This document shows, piece after piece, positions 13,196-25,791 of a stretch of DNA of 47,371 bases. The notes under the pieces were generated by a model. The model had not been told where the DNA came from and made no database searches. It was given only the letters and a program-made list of their open reading frames with translations. The stretch covers positions 248,001 to 295,371 of the forward strand of contig JAVKOQ020000034.1 in assembly GCA_031835245.2 (NCBI GenBank). Reading direction: 5' to 3'. The stretch's first letter is position 1. Every line of letters begins with the position of its first letter. The position numbers were made by a program, and so were the translations under genes. This stretch comes from Balamuthia mandrillaris. Lineage: Eukaryota.

Positions 13196-15297
13196 ATGAG
13201 TGACGCACCGCAGCGGACGCACGGCCGAACTCTACGGCAAAGACGAAAACCAAAGACCAACAACGAAACCGGTTTCGTTGAGGAAACGTTAGAGGAAGAG
13301 CACTACGAACAACAACAACAACAGCAAGCGCAGTGGACCGCCTTTCGCTGTTGCTCATGCCCGGAGACACAGCAGAAGGCCACCCAACAAGAAAACAACT
13401 GTTATTTGTGCGGCAACGGCGTTTGTCCTTCTTGTACTCCTCATATACGATGTGAAGGCAGCGAGTGCCGTCGCATCTTTTGCTTGCTGCCGCCTTGCGA
13501 CGTTCGCTCCCTCGATGTGCTATTTGCTGATCCCCTAAACTATGGCAAATGCTCCCTATGTTCTACTTCTGGCTTTGTTTCTTCTTCTTCTTCTTCTTCT
13601 TCTTCTTCTTCTTCTGCTTCTTCTTCTACTACTACAACTACCACTGCTGCTGCTCCTCGTCCTCCTCCTTCTTCTGCTGCTCTAAACGATGAACCAACCG
13701 ACAGAACATTAAATGAAGAACAAGATCACAACGAAGCGAAACCACCACCCAGAAGGAGACTACGGCGGCATCGGACACCAAGGGTCAGACGCAGCTTTGG
13801 CTCTCTTTTTCTTGACATAGATGACGAGCTTCAACAGCAAAAACAAGACACAAAAGAAGCTAAAGTACAAAACGACGATAGCACGCATTCATCACCAACA
13901 ACTCTTGAGTTGAGGAGCAGCAATGACGCTGTTCTCATTCTAGAAGAAGGAGAGGAGAAGAAGAAGGTTGTACAGAAGGAAACGACGTGCCAACAATTGG
14001 AAGCAGAAGAAGAAGCGCAAGTAAACGAAAACGGAAAGGAGGGGCATAAACAAGAAGAACAAGAACAACTAGAGCATGCGAAAGAGGAAGAAGACGAAGA
14101 TTCAGAACTTAAGGATGTGCTGGGCCTTACCAAAGTGCCAACATTATTGGTGATCCCGGACGACGATGATCATACCGACTGTCCTCAGCGCAACGAAAGC
14201 AACCCGATAGTGTCGGCGTCAACCCCTTCTTCATCGCAAACAACAGAAAAGAAAGCAGAGAGAGTGCAGCACCTAAGTTCGGTGTGGGTCACACCAGCAA
14301 ACATGTATGGAGGCAGTCCAGTCAGGCCGTTGAGCACTCGCATTCCAGTGCGACCACAACGCAACGCCCTTCACGAAAAGGTTTGGGAAAACTTTTTCGA
14401 CACCACCAAGGAGGATGATGAGCGTCTATGTCCGATCTGCAATCAGAGCAAGCTCTACCGAGGAAGGGCGCATGGATGGGAGAGGGGCCACATCATCCCT
14501 AACAGATACGTCAATGATGGTACCAAAGAACTTTGGAACCTTGTGCCCATCTGTTCTCAGTGTAACAGCGACATGAGTGCGTTATCTCTCCTTAGTGGAG
14601 AAAAAAGAGAGAATAGGAGAGAAGCGAGAAGCGAGAAGCGAGAAGAACCATCGTTAGATATTAACTTTGAGTTGTGCGCATAGGAGAGACCAACTTGTTG
14701 GAGTTCGTATCATGGAGTTATCCCAACTGCCTGTTCTCCATAGTGGACAGATTGTACAAGCTCTACAACGAGAACTATCCAACGCCCTCCATTTTCGTGT
14801 GGAAGCGTTACGGCTGCCACACCGAAGGAGGCATCAACGACATGTACGTCTACCACTTGTTGGGGTTACGTTCCTATCAGGACCTTCACCGCAAGTTAAC
14901 CCCAAAAGCACGCGAGAGCGACTCAGCTGAGTCTGATCCTGCCAGTCCGGAAGAAGCAGTCTTGGAGACCTCTTATTCTTCTAATGATGAGTACTGTAGG
15001 CATTGTGAAGGGATGACGAAGGAAGTGGCAGAGATGAAAGAGGAGCTTGCAAAGTTACGAGCTGAAAACACGGAGCTACGGTTAAGGCTGGAGCAACAAG
15101 GGAAGGAAACCGAACCAAAAAAGAAAACAACTGGGCGGAAGCGAGGAAGAGAAACCACAGCATCAACAAAGAAAGCAAACGATGGCGGTGCGGAGAAGGA
15201 AAACAAGAGGCCGAACCATAACAGAACCACCGGCAAGCCAAAGATACCTCGAACCGCCTCCCGGAAACGCAATAACAATAACAACCAAGAATACTAA
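13196..15297 (+). CDS. HNH endonuclease-domain protein with an N-terminal Cys-rich finger and C-terminal coiled coil/basic tail
   Basis: VWENFF...CPICNQ...WERGHIIP......GTKELWNLVPICSQCNSDM, then an intron (~14577-14682) and GETNLLEF. N-terminal CxxC clusters. Confidence 0.8.
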
Positions 15298-15685
15298 TAA
15301 TAATAATAAAAACAAAAACAATCCGCAATCGGTGGGCGAGTTGCACAGCGGGAAGGTTTGCTGGTGGGGTGGTGGTAACCAAAGCACCAACACACGTAAA
15401 TGTTCCCGATCGGAAGGTTACAAAAATTCCTATTGGCGGGATGAGCGGAGAATATGACGTGGCCGCTGAGACGGAACAAAAAAAAATAAACAAACGGGAA
15501 AGGAAGAAAGAAAAGACATCCAAGTCGTTTTGCGGTTTTCCATCATCACCAACGCAAGTCACGGACCACCACCACCCCCCCAAAAAAAAAAAGGTAGCGG
15601 AAAGCCTCTTGTTGTTTATTCTATTTTATTTTATTTGTTTTAACAAGGGGAGGTGTGAACGGCAGGAAGGGAAGCTCCGTACGGT

Positions 15686-18139
15686 ATGCAGCACAACAAC
15701 AACAACGAGCGATGTTTTAGCACCATCGAGGAGGCCTTGGAGGCCATACGGCAGGGAAAGATGGTGATCGTCATGGACGATGAAGACCGTGAAAATGAGG
15801 GAGATCTCATCATGGCCGCTGAACTCGCTACTCCGGAGAAGGTACTGCTACTCGCATGATATGTTGTTGTATTTTTGTTGTTGTTTAACGGTTGTTGTCT
15901 CTTTTCTTCGTTCTTCGTAGGTTGCGTTTATCATTCGCCATACCACGGGCATCTTGTGCACGTCATTGACTCAGGAGAGAGCGGAGCGATTGGGCCTTCC
16001 TCCAATGGTCAATAACAACCAAGACCCCAAGAAAACCGCTTTTACTGTCACTTGCGACCATGTCGACACTTCGTACGCGTCCTTCTCCCTCCTGCTCTCC
16101 GATGCTATTATCTTCTTCTGTGATGACACTTGTTTTCTCTCTTCTCTGCAAACACAGAACGGGAGTGTCGGCTACTGATAGATCACTCACGATAATGCGG
16201 ATGGCAGTGGAGGAGGCCACCGCGGAGGAGTTCTCTCGACCGGGTCACATTTTCCCACTGGTGGCACGACCGGGAGGCGTGTTGGAGCGTCGTGGCCACA
16301 CGGAAGCCTCCATGGATCTTTGCAAATACGCTGGCATGGCGCCAGTGGGCCTTCTCTCGGAGATAGCTAAAGACGATGGCACCATGGCTCGTCTGGACGA
16401 CTGTGTTGAGTTTGCTAGACAGCACGGCCTTTTGTTGGTGACGATCGAAGATCTAGTGGCGTGGAGGTTGGCTCATGGACACCTGCCACCATCTTCTTCT
16501 GATGTTGTCGAAGAAACAGAACAACAGTGCAAGGTGAAGATGTTGTCTCAATGCATCATTCCGTTGGAAAGAGAAGGACAGTTTCTTGGCAACTGGTTGA
16601 TGCGCTGCTATCAAAGCCACGACGGGGAGTGCCACGTTGCTTTGATTAAGCTAGAAAAGACGGTGACCAGCACCGCCGATAAAGCGTTGGAGGATGAACT
16701 GGCCAAGTTGTCCGAACGTTCACGGAGCGAACCCATCCTCACTCGTGTTCACTCCGAGTGCTTCACTGGAGATGTTTTGGGCAGCAGGCGCTGCGATTGT
16801 GGCGATCAACTAAGCAATGCCCTTTTGCAGATTCACCTTCGTGGTTATGGTATTGTCATTTATGTGGTGGGACATGAAGGTAAGATGTGGCTTGTTGCTT
16901 CCTTTCCTTCGAGCTTTTTCTTTCATTGTTCTGTGAAAGTGGCACGTTTCTAAACATTGTGGAAAAAAAAAAAAAGGAAGAGGAATAGGTCTAGTGAATA
17001 AAATCAAAGCATATGACCAAATGCAACGCAGCAAGGATACTATCGACACTTATGCAGCCAACGAGCTTTTGGGCTTTCCCGCAGGTTTGATGCAACTTCC
17101 GTTCAATGTTAATGTTGATGTCACTCATTTATTCATCTCCTTTTGTTCTTATCCTACCTTCGATGCGTAGATATGCGAAGCTATGAAGAACCGTTGAGCA
17201 TTTTGAAGGATCTCAAGATAGAGGCAGTAGAGTTACTCACTAACAACGCACAAAAATACGAGGCCCTTGCCCAAGGCAACAAGTTGCGAGTGGTGATGAG
17301 TCCGTTGCTTTTGGCTCCCAATGAGCACAATGTGGCCTACCTCCGCGCCAAACGAAAGAAGGAGAAAGAGATGTTAAGCTCCTCTCCCCTTCTTCGTCAC
17401 GCTGTTGTGAAGAGTACAGCGGATGAATCCTCTTCTTCTTCCATCAACAACGAAGAAAAGAATGAGAGCTCCGCAATGTTAGGAAGCCAAGAAATACCTC
17501 TGCTGTTGCCATCGTCCTCCAGCGTTGCCCGCTTGCGGATAGGCATCATTCGCACCCGGTGGAACGAGCTACTAGTGGACTCGCTGTACCAAAAGTGTAA
17601 GGACGAACTTTTTCATGCCAACGTGAACTTGGCCAACATCATTGAGAGTCAAGTACCTGGCGCCTTCGAGCTACCTTTCGCTGCTCAGAGATTGGCTCGT
17701 TCAGGATTGGTGGACGCTGTCATTTGCTTTGGAGTGTTGATCAAGGGAGAGACCACTCATTTTGAGTACATCTCTCAGGCAGTGTCTCAAGGCTTGATGA
17801 ATGCGCAGCTTGCTACCGACGTTCCTGTTCTCTATGGCGTGCTCCATTGCTCTACCAAGGAACAAGCTCAAGAGAGGTTCGTTTCAACAAATTCTTTTCT
17901 TCTTTTTCTGTTATTCTAATGCTTCTTTTTTTTTCTTTCTGTCACATAGATGCAACGAGAAAAGCTCACTGCCTATCTCGTTGGCGTTGACTGCAATTCA
18001 CATGGCGGCTCTCAAAGCGGAAGCCCTCCCCTTATTTGCTGCTCCTGCCGAGGGAAAGGGCTCTCATGGGCAACTCTCCTCTCACTCCCTTTCTTCTGTA
18101 TTATCTCGGCCGGTAATCCCTCCCTGCCATCACGCTTAA
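15686..18139 (+). CDS. ribB/ribA/ribH: Trifunctional riboflavin biosynthesis protein: DHBP synthase + GTP cyclohydrolase II + lumazine synthase
   Basis: RibB motifs [27 protein letters not shown]. RibA motifs [33 protein letters not shown]. RibH motifs [26 protein letters not shown]. The RibA tail and RibH lie in one uninterrupted ORF (17143-17919). Confidence 0.93.
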
Positions 18140-18247
18140 CCAGTTCTTTTCTCTTTCTTTGTCTTCTGCAACACACATTTAAAGACATCTTCTTGTATAC
18201 AACGAAACTTGTCATGTTATTTTCTAAGGTAACAAACTATTTTTCTT

Positions 18248-19270
18248 CTATTTACACGATTCTTTCTTTTCTTCAGCGAAGCTCTCAACAATCTCCCACG
18301 GCGAATACGAGACTGTCTTCCCATCGTACCAAGTTCTCTTCTCCCTCTTCATAATAACCCCCTTCTCAGAGATGTTGTGGCCAGCCAGCCTCGACGCGCT
18401 TCCACAATTGACTTCCTTCCATCCTACCACTTTGCTGCCGCCACCAAACTCGATAGAGAAGCCGCCAAACCCAATCTTGAAGCCGGAGCTATTCCCAAGA
18501 ACGGGCACCTTCTCCACGATGGGATATTGCTCAAACACCGGCGTGCTTCCCTTTTCTGTGATGACCATCTTAGTCTCCTCCTCCAAGTTCATGTACTCTC
18601 CTGGATCTTGCATTTGCGAAGTGGACATCGGCGAGAGAGAAGCCAGAAAGCCCGCCAACGCCGTTCGCTCGTTGCGCGTGGAGGCATCACTTCCCCCTCC
18701 GCCTTCTTCCGGATGAGCATCGATGAAACAACAAAACGGATTGCAAGCCATTCGTGCCCCAAGACCTTCCACAAACCTACGGACTGCGCCGCAGTACTCC
18801 CTTCTGGCACTTTCTTTGGCAGCGGCGGTGACCTGCTCGCGGTAGGCGCGAGTGAAGATGATGGCAAAGTTGTCCCACATGTTGCCGTGCTTGAACATCG
18901 TGAAGAAGACACGCAGCATCTTCTGTACGTTGCTGTCGAAGCGAGGATTCCAAAAGTTGAGGACCAGGGCCACCATGTCGATCTCCTCCATGCCCTTCAC
19001 CTTCTCCACCATGGCAGTGAAGTGAGCCACGTCCTCGCCCTCCGTGTCGAGGTAGCCAGGCGTGTCGATGACCTCCACATCGAAGGCGCCATCAAAGGTG
19101 CCTGCCTTGCTGATGGTGAGTTTGGTTTCCGAGTGGGCGCCTTCGCTCTCCACGAACTCTTGGCTGCCCAGCACCCAGTTTGCGGTGGCGCTCTTGCCGC
19201 TTCCCGTCAGCCCCACCAGCAACACCTTCTTCTTGGCTCTTCCCGTGGTTCCGCTCCGGGTGTCGTTCAT
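18248..19270 (-). CDS. AIG1/GIMAP-family GTPase, intronless
   Basis: G1 VLLVGLTGSGKS, G3 VIDTPG, AIG1-type box NPRFD and G4 IIFTR. Single exon from ATG 19270. Confidence 0.88.
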   Translation of the reverse strand: MNDTRSGTTGRAKKKVLLVGLTGSGKSATANWVLGSQEFVESEGAHSETKLTISKAGTFDGAFDVEVIDTPGYLDTEGEDVAHFTAMVEKVKGMEEIDMVALVLNFWNPRFDSNVQKMLRVFFTMFKHGNMWDNFAIIFTRAYREQVTAAAKESARREYCGAVRRFVEGLGARMACNPFCCFIDAHPEEGGGGSDASTRNERTALAGFLASLSPMSTSQMQDPGEYMNLEEETKMVITEKGSTPVFEQYPIVEKVPVLGNSSGFKIGFGGFSIEFGGGSKVVGWKEVNCGSASRLAGHNISEKGVIMKREKRTWYDGKTVSYSPWEIVESFAEEKKESCK

Positions 19271-19513
19271 ATTTGTGTTCTTGTTTGCTTGTTGTTGCAA
19301 GAAACAAAGTGAGGTTCTCACGTTACGTAAGGTCTGTTTTTATGCTTGGATGAAACAAAAGCGACCGTCAACGAACGTCAACGCAACTTTACCCAACCAA
19401 TTACAATCATTCGTTTCGGCCAATAAAAAATCAAATAACAATATTTAGAACGAACAAGAGAATGGCGAGCAGCGGGATTTGAACCGCTGTCCTGATCAAC
19501 AAAAAAAAAAGGA

Positions 19514-20813
19514 ATGGAAGAGTACTTTGAAGGATGGCCGTTGAAACTTGTTACGACAGAGACAAGCAATGGCGGGGTGGATAGGTATGTGGTGGCTACT
19601 AGGCACATTGCGGCAGGCGAAACCGTTTTCATGGCTCGCCCCTTCGCTGTTGCCATCAAGCTCATCCGCCAAACGTGCGCCCTGTGTCTTCGCTTTCAAT
19701 CTTCTTCTTCAGCACCTTGCCACTTGCCGTATCGTTGTGATGCCTGCGAACAAGCCTACTACTGCTCGCATCAACACCAAGAAGTAGACAGGGCGGCCCA
19801 TCAGCTAGAGTGTGCCCCGCTTCGACGGATCAAAGACAGCGGTTCTTTCCTGACGTCGTCATTACAGGCGGAGCTGAGGATGGTTCTCCGCATCATAAGG
19901 ACACAATGCTTGGAAACGTTTCAGACACAAGAACAAAACCAAGTAACGGAGCACACCGGAGAAGCAGACATGCGGAAGCCACAATATTCGGACGTTCAGT
20001 TACTATGCAGCCACCGGGAAAGCCGCTCCTTGGAACAGGTCTCTTCTTCTGGTTCTTCTCCTCTTTACAAGTTTAAAACTAAACTAATACACTGGCTTCA
20101 GGTGAAGACGTATAGACAAGCCTTAAAAGCACTCGTTGGAGCAAGGGAGGAAGACCTGCCATGGAGCTCACACGACTTGTTCTCACTGCTATGCCAGGAT
20201 ACTTGCAATGGCTTCGGGATAAGAAGCCAAGGCGAAGACGAAGGGGAGCTGTTTGCATACGGACTGTACCCGACTGCCTCCTACTTTAATCACTCATGCT
20301 ACCCCAACATTTGCCATATAAGACAAGACCTTGTCATTCCATCTCTTAGCAAGGAGAGCAACGACTTGGCGGGTGGAGATGGTGCAGACCAGCTAATCGA
20401 GTAAGCTTCTCTTCCATTACAATGGCGAGTGCACATGAACTAATGTTTTTCTGCTGAGAAGGCCTGGATTGAGGTTCATTGCAATACGGCCAATCAACAA
20501 AGGCTCACTAGTTTGCTTAACATACATCGACCCGTCTCGCCCTACTGAGGCCCGTAGAGAAGCCCTGCTATGCACCTACTTCTTTCATTGCAAATGTTCT
20601 AGGTGCGAGCAGCGCTCAACCACACGAAACAACAAACGAAGGAACAAACACAATCAGCCCTCAGCAGCAACACAGTACACAGTAGATAGGTTGCTTTGCA
20701 GGAATTGCAATACCAATGACAAACGGGACAGACCAGGCTTGCTCTATCCCCTCTTATCTGCAAATAGCTTGCGCTGCAATCTATGCAACACTATAAGCCT
20801 GCGCTCCACATAG
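19514..20813 (+). CDS. SMYD-family SET/MYND lysine methyltransferase
   Basis: GVDRYVVATRHIAAGE, MYND CALC...CDACEQAYYCSHQHQ...HQLEC, LYPTASYFNHSCYPN, LTYID, post-SET YFFHCKCSRC. Confidence 0.9.
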
Positions 20814-20847
20814 CATTTCTGGTGTGTGACGAGAGAGAGGAGAAGAA

Positions 20848-20890
<43 letters not shown>

Positions 20891-21454
20891 GGGAGACAGA
20901 GAGAGAGCTTGCGCTGCAACCACCAGTGCACTGCCAATACCAATATAGAGCAAGATAACTGTTTTCCACACTGTGGGCAGAGAAGTGAAGAGAACGATGA
21001 AGAGAAGAGAAGAGAACGATGAAGAGAAGAGAAGAGAAGAAAAAGAGGAGCAAATATGTGTCAAGGCGAATGACGAGCAACAAAAGTTTATTGGCAGCAT
21101 ACATTCCATTCACCCCCTCCCCCCAACCCACCACTTTGCCCTCACCGACGTGGGAGAATGAAGGGTTGTTTGGCGGGAAACATGCTCATTGGCCCAAAAG
21201 ACTAATTCGTTGTTCTTTTTTGTTGTCCTTAGATCTTATGATCTTTGCGCCTCAGGAAGACTGTCACTTTAATTTTATTATCAATTATCTTGTGGAAGCT
21301 CCTCTTCGAAAGCCAAGGCACCTTTACTTGCTGTTTGAATAGCTTCATCCAAATAAGCAATAGCACTATTTCCATTTACTTGCAAATAATTTATCAACTG
21401 AACCAATGGTTGTTGCAGAGGATGTTAGAGATTTTTTTACTCACAATAAACGCA

Positions 21455-22413
21455 TTAAATACAACATACCCTTGTATCAGCAAGTGTCCATTTGTCCTCT
21501 TGCTGTTGTACAGAGTTGGAACACAGCTTGAACATAGGACTACAGCCTTCTCTAGAGGCAAGATGCTTTTTGAGCTTGGGCCAGTCTCGCACGTTAGCAA
21601 GTAGCTTGTCATTGTTTTGAATTTCCTTGATTGTAAGTAAGGAATGGAATAAAAGGCCGCTAAGTAAAAATGAAAACACAAGAATGACAGACTAGCAATG
21701 AGAAACCTTCAATAACTGCTCGACAAGCACAGAAGAAGGGCAACTCCCGTTGTGTTCATTTATGATCTGGATAGCAAGTGCTAATGCAAACGGAAGTATT
21801 AATACGCATGTACCCTTTAGCACAGTAATGTACATGTACCTTGTAAGGATGTAAGTGTGGGTGGCTGCAGTATCTCTTGCTCTGCTTTTTGAATGCATAA
21901 CCGAGCAAGAGATTGTTGTGTAAGTCTCCAGCATCCAGGCTTGCTAGGGTCCTTCTCAAAAGTTGGTCCACTGGGATAAGCACGAGTGAGAGTCGTGTTG
22001 ATGGATCGTTTGGGATCTGCAGTGTAGGGCGAACCATCCTTCTTACGGAGAGTACCCCATTTCTGGGTGCATTCATCGAGGATGGTATTAAAAGAAGCAG
22101 AACCCCCATGGTTGGAAATGACTTCGATGATGAGCTTTTGCACTGATGAAAAGTCCTTTGTTTCTCCAACAGCCGCATGGTTGTTAGCATTTTGCTCTTC
22201 TGTGGATAGTGTCTCAAATGTCGTAGTTGGTGGAGCCTGCATTGTGATGGGGTTTGATGATGTTTCGTTCTCCAACTTAATCCGTTTCTGCTGTGGTAGA
22301 ATGTTGTGGTCCACTTCCATTGTCCGCTTTCTTTTTTCAAGGCTTTCAAGCTTGGTTCGTGGGAGCAAAACGTTAGTAACGTTTGAACGCATCATTTAAA
22401 CAAGCAAAGAGGA

Positions 22414-22459
<46 letters not shown>

Positions 22460-25180
22460 ATACCACTTTAGGTACTACGCCCCATTTATGAAAACCATCG
22501 ACTCGGTCTTTTTTCACAAAAATAGGAGAGGCGTTCGTGCAGTACTTGCTGATGCAGGATTGTATGGCCCGCTTGCAATCTTTGCTATAGGGCATGCCGT
22601 CCTTCCGTCGGGCATCATCCCAACGCTTTGAAATATGTTCATAAATTTGGTTAATTGTAGCGGCACCATCGTATTCGCTTATAGCTACCACTATCATCTC
22701 TGTGAATGAAATGTAAAATAAATGCAAAAGTCCAGCAGATTGCAAAACACTAGTTTGAGAATAAAAACCTTGCAACGTGCTGAGTTCGCCATCAGCATGC
22801 TTTTTCTTCTTGGATTTAGTACCACGAGGTTTGCCTTCTTTTTTCTGGTCGTGGTTGAACCGCTTTGAAGGAACTGGCGTGTTCTTTTCAATTTCAACCT
22901 GTATTTTTACAGTCCATACAACATAATAAAAATAAGAGGATGTAGCGACAACAATAAACTAATAAATGAACGTTAGCCAGTTATTTACCACAGCCAAAGA
23001 ACCAGTACTACTGCTTGCAAACATGGGATTTCCTTCGCCAAGTCTCCAATAGCAAGCAGAAATAGCAGAGGAGTCTTTCTGCAATGTTTCATGGTGTTGT
23101 AAACAAGCGGGTTGTTATTGCTTCTGCCAACTTGAGTTATAAGACACAAGTAAGAGCAAGAGTTACCACAAATAAGGGACGGCCTTCTGATGTGCGGTCT
23201 TTGGCTAAAGAAGAGGTAACCACTTTCTTTACATTGACAGTGCGTGGCAGCTCATCAGCTGCTTTGATATCGTACCAATTTTTACTGATTGTGTCAACAA
23301 TGATATCCACATGGCACGAACCACCTGCTTGCTTTATGGCCTGCGAGATTGCATCTGGGCAATAGTGTTTTTTTTTTTTGTTGAGAAAAAGGAATAAAAC
23401 AAAGATGGTGATAATGGTATCAATGAAGAAGATGTCAGAATGAGCGCAGAAAGGGAAAAGGCATACTCTGAAGAGCGTTTAATGTATGATCGCTGTTCTT
23501 GGCTCCAACATTAAGAACAGGACTACTAGAAGAGCGAGTCAGAGGCCGTGTTTCCTTCAGCACGGAGTAAAGTGCATTGGTTGAACTGGACAGCTTCAGG
23601 CGACGCTGTGAGGTGTCCTCCCCATTTATTAATTGTTTCTCCTTTTTCTGGTGGTGCGAAGACATGACAACACACATTGAGAAAGGCTTCTCATATGAAA
23701 AGGAGAAATTATAATAATACCTGTTGTGCCCGAGCTTCTTCCAAGGTTTCACACAATGTCCAACAGCCCTTGTGACTGGGATCCTTCTGCTCGGATTGAT
23801 GACGGGGAAGATGAAAGAAAAATACTTGCATGATTAGCGCATTATAAGGAGGCAGTCAGGGACAAGGGAAGACCACAAACCTTGAACAAAGCTATGCCGT
23901 TGGGGTTCGTCCGAAGATTAGCCCTCACTGCTCGTCTGGGTGGAGAAAAACTTTTTAGGACCAAAATAAAAAAGCGGATTTTAAAAAAAAGTATCGTACG
24001 AGGAACAGGTATTGTAGTGTTCACCATTGCGCCTGCGCAGACTCCTCCATTTCTGCATTTACAAACACAAAACAGTTTAGTGACGGCAGCAAGAACAATA
24101 ATAACAATACGGAGAGAAGCGAACCTTGGACACATATTTATTGATGTCTTCTGTAGCGCAATAACCACTGCTGTTGGTCACGAATTGGATCGCTTCAGTT
24201 ATGCATCCTATCCATAGGTCCATAGCTAATGAGTTAACTTCCAAGAACGAAGAAACAACAAAAATGAACAACGCACGCTGTAAGTCGGATAGCGGGGGAA
24301 CTTCGGAGTTACGTTCCAACGGGTGCACCCCGAAGGACGAATTCTGCTCTCCCTCTTCTTCCTCCTCACTTTCTTCTTCCAGCATCCTGTCTTCATCCTC
24401 CTCGTCTTCGTGTTCACCATCATCTGCGTCACTGCCTTGGAGCGAGTCACGCCCCTCGTTGTCAGCGGCATCCACTCCGCTATCCTCCTCTTCCTCTTCT
24501 TCCTCGGAAGCTTCCAGCTGCTCAAGCTTAAGTTGGCCCGTCGTGGGCAGCGAGTTTCGCTTGTAGCCTCCTGGGGGAGCGTTCTTTTCGTCAGCGTCGT
24601 CACCGTCCTGCGGAGATCTGATAGTGGGGATGGTACAGCCCTTCCTGTTCCTTCCTCGCCTGTTGTTTGTGGGAGGTGAGCTACTCCGGAGAGAAGATGC
24701 GTCCGCCAACGCATAAAAGCTTTCCTCAGAAAGGGCCACCGCCTTCTTGTCGTTGGTGCTGTCATTGTTTTGTTGGGAGCGCAGTCGTCGACTGCGTCTG
24801 CTGCCGCGTGGAAAGGAGGAAGTAGAACCAGTGTTGGCAGCAGAGAGAGTGGAAGTGGCAGTGGTAGCAGCAGCGCCTTGTGCCATCACCTCCCTCCAAA
24901 GGTCAGCACCGCCAGACAAAGCCTTGCGACGGAGATCTTCCCCTGCAAAGGCACCAAAATGGAAGACATGATAGGAGGCCAAGAGGGAGCTGCGCTCGTC
25001 CAAAGCCGCCTCACCCCGCTGAGCCTGCTCGTAGTGGAGCTGCTCAAGCCGAGGCGTGCTGCTGCTGTTGTTGGCAGCTGAATTGCAACTATCAGAGTGA
25101 CGCAGCTGAGGTTCAGCGTGCTGGTCCGCCTTCCATAGACCGGAGATGCTTCTAGTGGGAGTTGACTTGTGTCGTACCAT
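21455..25180 (-). CDS. Multi-exon protein with about five tandem winged-helix-like repeats (3' end uncertain)
   Basis: ATG 25180 (MVRHKS), a disordered/acidic N-terminus, then a repeated I..AI...GG.A....I...I...W...R+KDG.PY..D.KR.I...L module across several exons. Confidence 0.65.
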
Positions 25181-25791
25181 CTTCACCAACTGCCGGTAGT
25201 CTCGCCGTTGCTTCACGTCACACCTTTGGATGCTTCGTGTCACGGTAGTGGGGATGCGTGTGGGGGGTAGCTTGGTGGTCGCTTTTAATAATGCGTGCAA
25301 CCACCACCACCACCACCACAGGCGTCGGGAAGTGAACGGAATATTTTTATTTTTCACATTTTTCGCATTTTTTTCTTCTAAGCCCCAGCCTCCGCTGCCC
25401 TGCCGCGGCCTGCTGTTGCTTGCAGCACCGGCCCCTGTGCCTCCGCGGAGGGGTTGTTCATGTGGTCATTGGTGCACCATCACCTGCCTCCTCGTGCGTT
25501 ACCTACAACCAGGGAGACGAAGAGGTGGAAGGACCTGTCATCACTGACTAACCTCGTTTGCTCACCACCACCTTCCAACAACAAAGGAATGTGAGGGCCA
25601 GAAGCAAGAAGGGGTGAGGATTCGTGTTGGTTTTTGCGGGTAGCCCTACCAGCCCGGGACAGCATGGGGATAGTGGACAGGAGGGCAACCTGGCCCATTC
25701 AACTTTTTTTTAAAGTTCACCGAACACACATACTAACGGCTTTACGAAACGAGAAGGAAGGGAAAAGAACTTTAAGCAAAACTTCTCCTTA

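Noticed and set aside
19462..19495. tRNA 3'-half-like sequence on the minus strand (GGTTCAAATCCC...CCA)
   Set aside because: The T-arm is imperfect and no D-arm, anticodon arm or 5' acceptor strand is present. At most a B-box-like word.
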